Shown: positions 26,531 through 38,511 of the stretch, piece by piece
How the letters are laid out: every line of letters starts with the position of its first letter
Numbering within the stretch: position 1 is the first letter of the stretch
Origin: Octopus sinensis
Lineage: Eukaryota
Reading direction: 5' to 3'
Length of the DNA stretch: 64,000 nt
Assembly (NCBI RefSeq): GCF_006345805.1
Contig: NC_043002.1
Span: 14,384,001-14,448,000, forward strand
Program-made: the position numbers and the translations under genes
The notes under the pieces: generated by a model
What the model saw: only the letters and a program-made list of their open reading frames with translations
What the model was told of the DNA's origin: nothing
Database searches by the model: none

Positions 26531-27035
26531 AAAGAGATACTTGAACTATAATTATTAAAGCTCTAAGTATAAACAATATTTCAGATTCCAGATGAAAATT
26601 CAGTTACGATACAGAAATTGCAGGTGCACATCACAGGTAAATAGGAAATATATTTAATTTTTAATGCTATGAACGAGTAAAGTTATGACTATACACTTTG
26701 AAATCCTGCGCATCTCGGGGTATTATTTGGCACTCTTCGTCGAATACTATACCATTCAATATACACTTGCTTTTAATTGGAACTGAAATTTCTGTTGATT
26801 TCGAAAAATCACAAACTCACTGGTGTCTGAAGCAATTTTGCAAAGAGAACACACCTCTTCGCAACTCAAGAATGTTGCCATTCAGGATTTAGAATGATAT
26901 TTCCCTGCTGTGATGAAACACCAATTCAGCCCTCACTAGAGAAGTTGAATATTTAACGTCGTACCAGCAGACAAAAGGATTTATTTTGAGAGCTCATCGA
27001 ACAATAGCACGCTGCTTTGGTACAAATTTTACCTA

Positions 27036-27443
27036 TTTATTTCTTTACTGCCCACAAAGGGATAAACATAGAGGGAACAAACAAGGACAGACAAACGGAT
27101 TAAGTCTATTATATTGACTCCAGTGCGTAACTGATACTTATTTAATCGACCCCGAAAGGATGAAAAGCAAAGTTGACCTTGGCGGAATTTGAACTCACAA
27201 TGTCACGACAAACGAAATACCTATTTCTTTACTACCCACAAAAGGCTGAACACAGAGAGGACAAACAAGGACAGACAAACAAACGGATTAAGTCAATTAC
27301 TGGTGCGTAACTAGTACTTAATCTATCGACCACGAAAGGCAAAGTCGACCGCGGCGGAATTTGAACTCAGAACGTAACGGCAGCCGAAATACTGCTAAGC
27401 ATTTCGCCCGGCGCGCTAACGTTTCTGCCAGCTCGCCGCCTTA
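27036..27443 (-). mobile_element. SINE B dimer
   Basis: Junction 27222/3; imperfect 16-bp TSD gtacaaatt.tac.ta (27020-27035, 27451-27466). Confidence 0.85.
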
Positions 27444-27997
27444 TACAGTAGTACAAATTATACTTATTATTAGAGAAAAAACTTATGGCATCATACTCAT
27501 TCGTGTTCACTAAGTAGATTTTTTGTTTTTTATATGGAATTACTAACATGATTCTTATATTTTAAAACGTCTGTAAATCCTAATGTCTATCTTCCCATAC
27601 GTAAAAATATAAGGATTTCTTTTTGTATGAAGAGAATATTATTAATGTAAAAAACAAAAGTAAGTAAATTCTGAACGCATATTTTCTTTTTTAGAAAATA
27701 CATAATAGGTGGCCCATGAAAAAAGACAGCGATCTGTTGCAGCGACCAGGTACAAATGGAGGTTAAGTCGCTACCATTCACATTTAAATTTAAATTACAC
27801 TCGAGAAGAAAGACACTGGACAAAATTTCCACGGTTGCAATGTATTCTACATTATAGCTTAGCCCATGTAAGAATGAGTTGTAGAAAAACAACTATAAAT
27901 GATATGCTGAATGATTTATGTGCGATGAATAAAAATATAAAGCAAAATAAAAAATATTTATTAAAATATAACCATCTTCAAACACAGTGCATGACGG

Positions 27998-28443
27998 GGA
28001 TCTTTTCAGTTTGGACGGCAGTTTTTAATATAATTTCTTGGTAACTAAAAAAATTTAAACTTCGTATACTTGTAGAATGTGTTTATAAAACATCTTTTTC
28101 TCTTGGCTTTATTGAGAACATTCTATGGTTTGTAAGATATTTGTTAGTTTTTTTCTTCCATTTCTGAAATTTCAACCAATCACTGACGTCTATTGAGGTA
28201 AAAAAAACATTCTGTGATGTATGAATATGTCCCTCGTTTAAGAAACAAATTGGGTTTATTTACATTTGTGAAGAAAAAAAGACACCTTTCCCCCAACCTT
28301 AACACTAACCCGAACCCTAAACCTAACTAACCCTAACCCTAAAACAGATTGAAATGCAATAGATCGGTTCTAGGTTCATAATTATGGGTGACAATTTCAT
28401 ATGACACCACTATAAAAAACTGCCGTTCAAACCGAAAAGATCC
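27998..28443. mobile_element. Non-autonomous DNA element with 29-bp inverted termini and internal (CCCTAA)-like run
   Basis: ggatcttttcagtttggacggcagttttt / aaaaactgccgttcaaaccgaaaagatcc (2 mismatches); no TSD seen. Confidence 0.82.
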
Positions 28444-29144
28444 AAATAAACTACGGAAAAAATAATTATAAACTATTTGAACTATTTCTCATGCTGAAAA
28501 TGTGGAACGTCTTACAAAAGCTGCTCTAAATACGATATTGTGATGCACACAACAACCAGGCAAGCACTCCAACGGGTTGTAAATTCTGATCTATAAAAGT
28601 TTCGAAGATGCAATATAACATTAAGAATATATATCAACTTAGAGAATAATATAATAATGGAAAGGGCAATTATATTATTAGTACAGTTATCCAAGTCTGT
28701 ACTACAAGATAGTATTAGTTGAAATGCTATGTGACTAATCCCATAAAACAGAATATATCCATCATTAATTTAAATGTTATTATATAATTGGCCATATATG
28801 TTAAAATGGAGGCAATAAAATATACCAATATTGTATGGAATTTGTCCAAGTTTCTAAGAATAGAAATATACCGGTTGTTAAAATTTTATCTGCAAGCTAA
28901 ACAACATTTATTGATCAAGAGACGAGGTAAAAAAAAACAAAAATACAAATATAATGAACAATAAACCATTTGCAAATTTTATTTCATTTTTCTGTCCGAT
29001 TATGTGTGTGTATGTGTGTGTGTGTGTGTGAGTGTGTCTGTATACACACACACACATATCTACCTATCTATCTATCTATATATATATATATATATATATT
29101 ATATACATACATTAGATACATATATCACACCGTTTCCCTCTCCC

Positions 29145-29199
<55 letters not shown>

Positions 29200-29463
29200 G
29201 AAAGAGAGAGAGAGAGAGAGAGAAACAGGCTGATAAATGCATAAATAGGTGCGTGTGGGTGTATAAATATTCACATATATATGTATATATATATGTACAT
29301 GTATAACATAATGCACCTGGCGTCTTTCAGCTAATGAATATATAGAAGTAACGTCATTATCGATGCGCATTAATCGTTGGTTGCACACGGCAAGAGTAAA
29401 CTTACGTATGGCGTTTTTGATTCTTATCATTAAAACAATCATCACCCTGATGAAACGAAACAG

Positions 29464-29927
29464 AAATCTTTTCGCTTTAACCGGCAGTTTTTTAAAATGA
29501 TTTCCATGTAACTAAACCCTTTTATACTTCGTATACTGGTGCAATGTGTTTATAAAACATCTTTTTCTCTTGGCTTTCTTGAGAACATTCTGCAGTTTGT
29601 AAGAAAGTTGTAAGATATTTTCTTTAATTTCTGCAATTTCAACCAATCAATGACGTCTATTGAGTTGAAAACATTCTCTCCGTAAACATTTTCTGGCGGT
29701 GATATAGGAAATTGTACCTCGTTTAAGAAACAGATTGCGTTTATTTACATTTCTGAAGAAAAAAAGATACCCCACCCCACCTCTAACCGTAACCCTAACT
29801 AATCCTAACTCTAACCCTAAGCCTAAAACAGATTGAAATGCAATAGATCGATACTAGGGTCATAATTATGGGTGACAATTTCATATGACACCGCTAGAAA
29901 ATACTGCCGTTCAAAGTGGAAAGATCC
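29464..29927. mobile_element. Second copy of the 27998 element
   Basis: Collinear throughout; more degenerate IRs; no TSD. Confidence 0.8.
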
Positions 29928-30117
29928 ACTAAACACTTTGAAGAGAGCATCACAATAAATAAAAAAAAAAAAACTCCCGGACTTGATTGCCTAATCCGAA
30001 CCAAGATCCTTTAAGTCGCAGTTCTATTCGTCATTGGCCAAGAGATAACTTCCACGGCAAGCTACATGGAACGCTGTCCAGATGTATTAAGACACAGTTT
30101 CAAGTTTTCAGAATTGT

Positions 30118-30290
30118 TCAGCAGCTGTCAGTGTGGTAAGAAGCTTGCTTCCCAACCAAATGTTTTCAGGTTCAGTTCCTGTATGTGGCACTTCGGGCAA
30201 GTGATTTTGCTATGGCTTCGGGCCGACAAAGAATTGTGAATACATTTTGTAGACGGGAAGTGAAAGAATCCCATCGCATATCTGTCTATC
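30118..30290 (+). mobile_element. SINE A 5' half
   Basis: gtgtggtaagaagcttgcttcccaacc..gggcaagtg..gaaagaatccc. Confidence 0.75.
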
Positions 30291-30299
30291 TCTTTCTCA

Positions 30300-30412
<113 letters not shown>

Positions 30413-30444
30413 ATATAGTATATATATATATATATATATGTGTA

Positions 30445-31359
30445 TACACATATATGCGTGTATATGTACATGTAGAGGTAGGTACGTACATATATGTTTA
30501 TATATATGCATATATTTTATTAACATATTATACGACTAAACGCACGCACCCTATTAAGTAAGATTGTTCTGTTTATCAAGTTCGCCTTGATATTAATTCT
30601 CACGCGACTCTGCATCTTTCTTTCTTTCTCTCCCATTCCCTTTTTCGTCTTTTTTCCCTCACTTAACTTGTCTCTTCCTCTCTCTCTCCCCCTCACTGTT
30701 CTTCATGGTCTCCTCGCACCATTCCCCTTCTTCTCTCGCTTCCTCTTGCTCCTCCTCTCCCATTCCCGTCGTCCATCTGCGACGTACTTCCGTCGTAACT
30801 GCTATTCTGTCATTTCTCGCCCGCCTTCTAAGGCCACTGGTCGACATCTCCCTCTCTCGTCGTCCACTATAATCCAGCGTTTGCTATACTTTTTTCGTCT
30901 GGCGTTAACAGCCCTTCTTATCTTGTTCTCCTTGTCCTGTCTCTCACTGTTATATATTTATTTTTCCACTGTTTATATATATATATTTTTTACTGTTTAT
31001 ATGTTTGTACTGTCTTTACCGTCTTGCTTTTTTTTACCCCTCTGCGACAAGATCTCAGAATTTTAATTGATTTGCTTTTCGCAGGAAGGAATTTTTCATT
31101 CGAAGTATACGTCTCGCTTTTATCCTTCGAAACGTTTAGTAGATGAAACTTTAGCGACTGAAGAAGGGGATTTTTCGTTGTGCTTATTGTCCTGTATCTC
31201 CTTTTTTTTGCCTGTCTTGTTCCTTGGTTTGTGTCTATGTTTTTCGTCTCTCTATGTGTTCGACGTCTTTTTGGTGTCCTGTACACATATATGCGTGTAT
31301 ATGTACATGTAGAGGTAGGTACGTACATATATGTTTATATATGCATATATTTTATTAAC

Positions 31360-31363
<4 letters not shown>
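30445..31363. mobile_element. ~750-bp pyrimidine-rich insert bounded by an ~82-bp direct repeat in (TA)n
   Basis: tacacatatatgcgtg...ttattaacatat at 30445-30528 and 31282-31363. Confidence 0.6.
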
Positions 31364-31440
<77 letters not shown>

Positions 31441-31443
<3 letters not shown>

Positions 31444-31644
31444 CGGAGATTTACTTGCATAGCAAGTGACTTGATCTGAGATCGTGTGCTAGAACGAAAA
31501 CAATTGCAGCGTGGAAGGTGTTTATAAGCCATTTAAGAAACACACAAAACCTTTAGATTCACTTCAACATTTAAATTCAATTTGTCAAAACATTTTCGTC
31601 GCTTTGAGACCGCGACCTGTTCACTGACAAAGCTTCGTGCTGCA

Positions 31645-31646
<2 letters not shown>
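31441..31646 (-). mobile_element. ~205-bp hammerhead-bearing element flanked by (TA)n on both sides
   Basis: 3' end aatctccgt-(TA)n resembles the 3' ends at 22010 and 22112. Confidence 0.7.
31581..31631 (-). ncRNA. Type I hammerhead-like motif with G3-C8 swapped core
   Basis: TTTGTCA GTGAACA G GTCGC ggtctcaaa GCGAC GAA AATGTT T TGACAAA. Confidence 0.65.
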
Positions 31647-31706
<60 letters not shown>

Positions 31707-31921
31707 TTGTAATTTTCTCTTCGCTAACACTCCACAGTGGTTTTATTTCAGGAAAGCTATTGAATTTTGGTATAAGCCTGAAATCTGACAGTGGTGATAG
31801 TCCAGATCTCGTTTTAAGTGCTTCTTTGGAAATATCATATCTTTATACCTTTCCATGAGTTTAGATTATTTCCACATACACACCTACATACATATGCATA
31901 CATATATATATATATATATAT

Positions 31922-32202
31922 ACAGCAAAATCAAGGAACGGCCATAATAGGCCATTCACCCACTAGAAATAACAGCCAAAGCTTCAACCGCAAAACAACA
32001 TTAATTCCGCAAACCAGGAGAAAATTAAAAAAAACATTTACCCTGTAGTTCTTTATACGATGCACCGTTTCATCTATTGGTTAATGGTAAACTAACCTGA
32101 TTAAATTAAATCAAGCTAGTCTTCCATAGGCCGATAGATTCGTCAGTAAAGAACGGCCAGAACGGAGCAGATATTTACACGAGGCACTTCTATCACTGTC
32201 TT
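31922..32202 (-). mobile_element. ~280-bp hammerhead-bearing element between (TA)n tracts
   Basis: Unique sequence bounded by TA repeats; contains the 32049-32153 ribozyme. Confidence 0.6.
32049..32153 (-). ncRNA. Canonical type I hammerhead ribozyme (GUA cleavage triplet)
   Basis: TTCTTTA CTGACGA ATCTAT (~55-nt loop) ATAGAT GAA ACGGTGCATCGT A TAAAGAA: 7-bp stem I, 6-bp stem II, intact core. Confidence 0.85.
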
Positions 32203-32237
32203 ATATATATATATATTATATATATATATTATATATA

Positions 32238-32408
32238 TCAACTATGTAATGTATATATATATATATATATATATATATCAACTATGTAATGTATATATAT
32301 ATATATATATATATATATCAACTATGTAATGTATATATATATATATATATATATATATCAACTATGTAATGTATATATATATATATATATATATATATCA
32401 ACTATGTA

Positions 32409-32450
<42 letters not shown>

Positions 32451-32570
32451 ACTATGTAAGTATATATATATATATATTATATATATATTATATATATATT
32501 ATCAACTATGTAATGTATATATATATATATAATATATATATCAACTATGTAATGTATATATTATATATAT
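32238..32570. repeat. Minisatellite TCAACTATGTAATG(TA)n, 8 copies, first five with exact 40-bp period
   Basis: Cores at 32238, 32278, 32318, 32358, 32398, 32448, 32502, 32541. Confidence 0.92.
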
Positions 32571-32878
32571 ATAAATTATGCAGGTAATGGTTTAAAAAAT
32601 ATAGCATTTTCATTTTGTGTAGGTGTGATATTAAAGAATTTACATATTGACTTGTTGATGTAGACACGTTTAATAAAGAATGCAGGAGTTTTAGTTTGAT
32701 GAATGACAGATTTATTAGTATAGCTCTCCCCATCGGCGCCTAAGTTAAACATTTTATTTCATTTTTATACGAGGTAATTTTTCTTTTTTTTTGGTGGGGG
32801 AGGATATTTCAAATTACGAAAACGTAAGCACACCAATACCGGTTGTCAAGTGGTGCTGGGGGACAAACATAGACATAT

Positions 32879-32918
<40 letters not shown>

Positions 32919-32987
32919 TGAATAACTAACTGAGAGTAAACCGGTTAACGTTTGGAGTGATCCTTTGCAATATACAAATATGTATAT

Positions 32988-33019
<32 letters not shown>

Positions 33020-33061
33020 GCTATTTTAAATCTCTGAGCGAGATATGAACTAGCAATACGG

Positions 33062-35370
33062 AATCTTAGCATATAATTGCCAACCAAGTGTCGTGTTCTA
33101 TACGGGACAGTACTACTAACGTTTATAGCCCCAGGAAGAGACCTCTTCCAGCTGGGCAAAGACACACATTCTGTGTCCGATTAGTATTTGCGAAAGGAGA
33201 TCATCGCTCCCATCTCTATATTGCTAATTTCACCTTTTTCGAGATGAGCGGCGGTGTGTCGCTAGAAACAACATATAGTATTTTGCATGTGAAGTGAGTT
33301 TTCATCACTAGCTGGTGATTACCACTATTGGGTGTTGGTTGTGATTTCTTCGATTTGAGTTCGAATCGGTACACACGCTGATATTGTATGTTTGTTGTAG
33401 GTTTTCCCCGCGCGGGTGAACCAAGATTCGTTGGATTGTGTAAATTATTGAATTTCAGTCACTGTTTCGTTTGCACTTCTATAGTCTCCGTCTGTGAAGA
33501 AAGATGGAGAATAGACAAAGTTACGCAGCGGTAACGACACAAGGAATAAATACCAACGCCCTGGAAGTGCAGGAAATAGAAATGGACACAAGAAAGAGAA
33601 AGGAAGAAAATTTGTAAAAGAGAAGGGAAACAGTCTGAAGCTTATTCATCAGAAGAACTGATGAAAAGCATAGAGAAGAGGACGTTTGTATACAGAACGT
33701 TGTCTACGTCCTCGAACAAGACAGAGGTAACCCCAACAGAAGAAATAGAGGAATGCCTCGAAAATGTGAAAAAATTGACCGCGTTCTATACACGTGGAAA
33801 GAAATATAGCACAGTGGAAGTAAGGTTTGTCAACGAAGAAGAGGCCATAAACCGCTCCAGGGATCCGTTACGAACAACGAAATGGATACTACTCCCCACG
33901 TACTGAGGCAAACGCGCTGCCAGAGTGATAGTTGGAAGAGTGTCCCTCGAAATCGAGTAAGAATGGCTGGTAGCAGCCATAATGCACGATATGAAGGATG
34001 GGGTAGAGATCCTCAAGATAACGATAACCCTAAAGTCCAATTGGTGGGGATATATCCTCGAAGTGACCATGCAGGTATCTTTGGAAAAATTGTATAGTAT
34101 AAAGGAGGAAATAATAATCCAGGAAGACAGCAGACTTCGAATATCAGTAGAAAGGAGACCACCAGCTTGCTTCCTATGCGGCAAAAGGGGGCACATGAAA
34201 GCAAGATGTCCCGAGAAGGTAAACGAAGAGGAGAAGAAAAGTGAAGAAAACAATACCGAAGAGGTAGTACCTGCGAAAGAGACAGATAGAGTGGAGAAAC
34301 CCTTCAAAGTCGTAAACACGAGGAAGAGAAAGGAACGGGTGAATTCTCCCCCAGACAGTAAAAAATGGATAAAGGAGGTTGTGATGGAAGAAAAGAGAAA
34401 TAAGTATGAAACACCAACAGATGCAGTAGTGAAAAAAAGGCACACAGGAAAAAACAGCATTACAAAAAGGGAGAAAGAAGAAGCGTTTGTGGTGTTGGTT
34501 GTGATGTTTCTCCGCGCCCGAACAGATCAGGACGGGAGCCGAATCAAGCAGAAGTGAAAAGAAAGAGATATAAGTGGCATTTGGTCACGTATTCCAAAAG
34601 AAATAGAGAAAATGATTGTAAAATATAAATCGGTAATAAAAGTAAAGCTGCTGCCAGGAAAATACCCAGAATACACTAAAGGAATAGTTATAGATAAAGA
34701 GAGATTTTTGAAATTAAGAGGGATGTATAGACTTTTCATAGAGCCGCTAGGGGTTGAAGTCGAGTTTGACGAGCCACCACTAGTCGTGGAGTTATAAGAT
34801 TTGAAACCCTTAATGAACATTTAAAAATAAGTAAAATTTGTACTTCATAAAAAACTGGAAAATAGACTGTTAAAGTGTATAAAGAAAAATGAAAGAAACG
34901 ATCCAAAAAAATACTAATTAAAAGAGCAAGCTAAAAAAGGAAAACAAAAGAAAAAAGACTGTAAGAACGTTTAATTGTAAAAATGAAATCGCGGTTTCGT
35001 CTCGGAGCGGGACCGAGAAAACCGTCTCATATTCATTATAATTTAATTCATTGTAATTCATTCTTTCATATGTTTTTTTTTGTTCCTGTATGTTTGTGTA
35101 TATCCCCTCTGTATTCAGGCCTTGTGCCTATAATGAAGAGAAAGCTGGTAATTAACACACGATGAGGACGGGTAATCACCCAGAACCTCGAGTCCGTGTG
35201 TATCACGCGAGGCTAAGGATGGAAGCGATTACCTCCACTCGCAAATACTAATCAGACACAGAATATATGTCGTTAGCCAGCAGGAAGAGATGCCTTCCTA
35301 CGGCAATAGATATCAGTAGTACTGTCCTGTATATGACGCCTCACTCGGTTGGCAATTATATGCTACGATT
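33062..35370 (+). mobile_element. 2.3-kb element with ~155-bp inverted termini containing an L1/Tx1-type ORF1 only
   Basis: IRs 33062-33214 and 35217-35370 (about 75-80% identity by eye); ORF1 pseudogene; 3' UTR hairpin ~34991-35025; embedded in (TA)n. Confidence 0.75.
33504..34797 (+). pseudogene. L1/Tx1-type ORF1 (gag-like, CCHC zinc knuckle), ~430 aa, one frameshift and three in-frame stops
   Basis: MENRQSYAAV start; VERRPPACFLCGKRGHMKARCP; ORFs 33661-33906, 33982-34557 and 34612-34797 are one frame separated by single stops at 33904, 33958, 34555. Confidence 0.78.
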
Positions 35371-35439
35371 ATATATATATATATATATATATCTATATAT
35401 ATATATATATATAATATATATATATATATAGTATATATA

Positions 35440-35600
35440 CTGTGGGCTTCTTTCAATTTCTGTCTACCAAATTCACTCAAATGGCATTAGTCGGCCCAAG
35501 GCTATAATGGAAAATTCTTGCCTCAGGTACCACACAGTGAGACTGAACCCAGAACCATTGGTTTGGAAGCAAACTTCTTACCACACATCCACGCCTTCGT
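35440..35600 (-). mobile_element. SINE A 5' half
   Basis: gggcttctttcaatttctgtctacc..aaacttcttaccacacatccacgcc. Confidence 0.75.
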
Positions 35601-36741
35601 ACACTAATGTTTTTAAATATTCCGTTACGTGTTCATACCGTCCTATGACATTTCATGCAGATCAATGATACGTCTTTAGATTTGAAACCCCATACCCGAG
35701 TTTACATGTGATTCAGTCAGTCGCCGCACATATGATTGGAAATAGCAGATAACTGCGTCACCACGAGCACTTCTGTGCTGAGGAGATAGTGTGACGTTAT
35801 GTATAATGAAGTTCGAGAGGCAGTTTATCTAAATAAATGTCAAGATAATGACACTTGGAACGCATTTTGTAATTTCACAACTCGATCTTGAATGAACCTG
35901 GACAAAAATTAAAAAAATATATATATACATATAAACTGCAGCAACGAATAAATATTACCCGTAATATGAAGTATGCAGAGTTAAGCTCCGAGAAAGATCT
36001 CAGTATATTTAATTATTAACCAGTCCTGCTGATTATGTCACAGAGAAACGAGAAGCAGCAGCATCGATTTCACGAGAAAGGCAGTCTTATGATTATTTTA
36101 CGCAGAGTTACTGAAGAAACTTCTCTTGAATGAATTATCTTTATAACCGTTATATAAGTCCTGTCGAAAAATGCAATTTTCTTGGCAGTAAAATTGGCAG
36201 TAATTCGGTTTGACGTAAACCCTTCCTCACATAAAATTGATTAAAGTCGAGCACCATAATGGTGCACATGTATTACCTTTCAGTGCAATTTTAAATGTGA
36301 CTGGTTTCAAGAAAACTACCTTACCAGGCTTTGTGGTATAAATACGTTCTTTGCAATAAAATATGCAGCTGAAAGTGCAATGCATATATATATAAATATG
36401 TGTGTGTATAAACTCACACAGGCACACACACACATACACATAGGCATTTATATTCTTATAACCTGCATTTATATTCTTATTCAAAGCACTTCCGCGGTTA
36501 TCGGTTTCCATATGCCATCATACATTAGGAATACGTCTTTTACCGGATATACATTGGGAAATCGGATAGTGGACGCACAATTCATACAAAAATTTATATA
36601 TCATTACGAATACTTACATATACGAACGTATACATACATATATATGCACGTATGCACACCACCAGTTTAAATTGCCCGCCTAAAACCCCTCGTGTGATAT
36701 GGTCAGAATAACACCGTAGGGAATATAATGACGAAATAAAT

Positions 36742-37077
36742 ATATAAATTTATATAAATTAGGATAAGATAGATATATAAATACCGATCTCATCAGGTTG
36801 TCAGCATGGGAATAAAAACCTTCAAAGGTAATAATTGTTATTTATTTTTTTTGCTTGAATATTTTGTCTCTTTTTCTTCTCACCTGGTGCTGTATGAACA
36901 TTTAATGTGGTTTTAGAGTCGAGTGTAGGCTGCTATTTCCAGCGTGGCGGTATCTCTTAGACACCCTAAATTATAATTTTAATAATAATTATTACATTTG
37001 AAGGATTTTATTCCCATACTGGCCACCTGATTAGATCAGTATTTAAATAGTGATCCTATCCTTATTGATATAAATTT

Positions 37078-37080
<3 letters not shown>
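36742..37080. mobile_element. Fold-back/MITE-like element with ~95-bp inverted arms in TA-rich DNA
   Basis: 36742-36840 matches the reverse complement of 36978-37080 (gatc.catcagg..gggaataaaa.ccttcaaa.gtaataatt). Confidence 0.72.
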
Positions 37081-37137
<57 letters not shown>

Positions 37138-37202
37138 ATATATAATATATATAATATGTGTGTGTGTGTTTGTGTGTTGTGTGTATCTATATATATTCAT
37201 AT

Positions 37203-37410
37203 AGTCAATTCAACGAACAAACAATTGAAAAAGATTTGGAAAACAAAGAAAAAAAAGGAAAAACGAACGTGAGTAATTGCACAAGCAATATATTAAATTG
37301 ATGCTCGGGGAAAAGAGAGAGTTGTTAATATTTCGAGCATAGCTTTTCGTCGGAAAAAGGAAAGTTCAAACAGAAAGAAGGAAAGCAAGGAAAAACCATC
37401 AGCAATCCAC
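37203..37410 (-). mobile_element. PLE-like element (family of 60243) with degenerate hammerhead 37322-37358
   Basis: tt CCGACGA A AAGC tat GCTC GAA ATAT T aa. Confidence 0.62.
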
Positions 37411-37471
37411 GTGCTGATATATTATTATTATTATTATTATTATTATTATGATTATTATTATTATTATTATG

Positions 37472-37503
<32 letters not shown>

Positions 37504-37525
37504 CATTATTATTATTATTATTATA

Positions 37526-38004
37526 GAGTGAGACATCAGTGTATGCCATCAACGTAGCACTGGTGTACCAATACACGAAGCCCAATATATACATCATGAA
37601 TACCTGTCTGATAGGTGTACATCAGAAATATGCATCACAACCATATGTGCGTGGCATGGTAATCTCATATCAGGATTAAGAGCGCATGAGCTTGGAGGTT
37701 GAGGCCTAGTTAGAATTTTGATCAGGTTCAGTAGCCCACCCCGCTTAAAAGGTCCCTGAATAAGGATTGTTGAGTGAAACTGCTATGTTTCCGTAGGTGA
37801 AATATTAAAACCCCAAAGAATGCCTCTCAACCAATGTCTATGTTGTTCCCCCATTACTACTGCTCCTGATCAAAGATGCACATATTTTCGGCCATCAAAG
37901 GAAATGCTCAACTGGCTATGGTCAAACAACTGACAATGAAATCTGTGGTACTGAGTAAAATATTTGTTATAGAACATCTTTTATACCAAGACAAAGTAAT
38001 GTAG
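37526..38004 (-). mobile_element. Family D retroposon, diverged and 5'-truncated
   Basis: Collinear with 4911-5400; in (ATT)n. Confidence 0.75.
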
Positions 38005-38006
38005 TA

Positions 38007-38035
38007 TTGTTATTGTTGTTGTTCTTTTTATTAAG

Positions 38036-38121
<86 letters not shown>

Positions 38122-38231
38122 CATTATTATTATTATCATTATTATTATTATTATCATTATTATCATTATTATTATTATTATTATTATTATCATTATTATT
38201 ATTATCATTATTATTATTATTATCATTATTA

Positions 38232-38270
<39 letters not shown>

Positions 38271-38452
38271 CATTATTTTATTATCATTATTATTATTATT
38301 ATCATTATTATCATTATTATTATATTATTATTATTATTATTATCATTATTATTATTATCATTATTATTATTATTATCATTATTTTATTATTATTATTATT
38401 ATTATTATTATCATTATTATTATTATCATTATTATTATTATTATCATTATTA

Positions 38453-38510
<58 letters not shown>
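38007..38510. repeat. (ATT)n with ATC interruptions, ~500 bp
   Basis: Direct inspection. Confidence 0.95.

Positions 38511-38511
<1 letters not shown>

Noticed and set aside
26585-26636. Possible 52-nt exon (ttcag|...cacag|gtaaat; IPDENSVTIQKLQVHIT)
   Set aside because: Weak polypyrimidine tract, no partner exons and no homology; expected by chance in 64 kb.
28294-28345. Telomere remnant or chromosome fusion site
   Set aside because: The hexamers are internal to a repeated element, with the same run in the second copy at ~29780-29825.
29443-29465. CTGATGA-AAC-GAAAC
   Set aside because: No stem II, III or I.
31115-31175. GAAACGTT followed by CTGAAGA (permuted hammerhead?)
   Set aside because: No convincing stem I; stem II has only 4 weak pairs.
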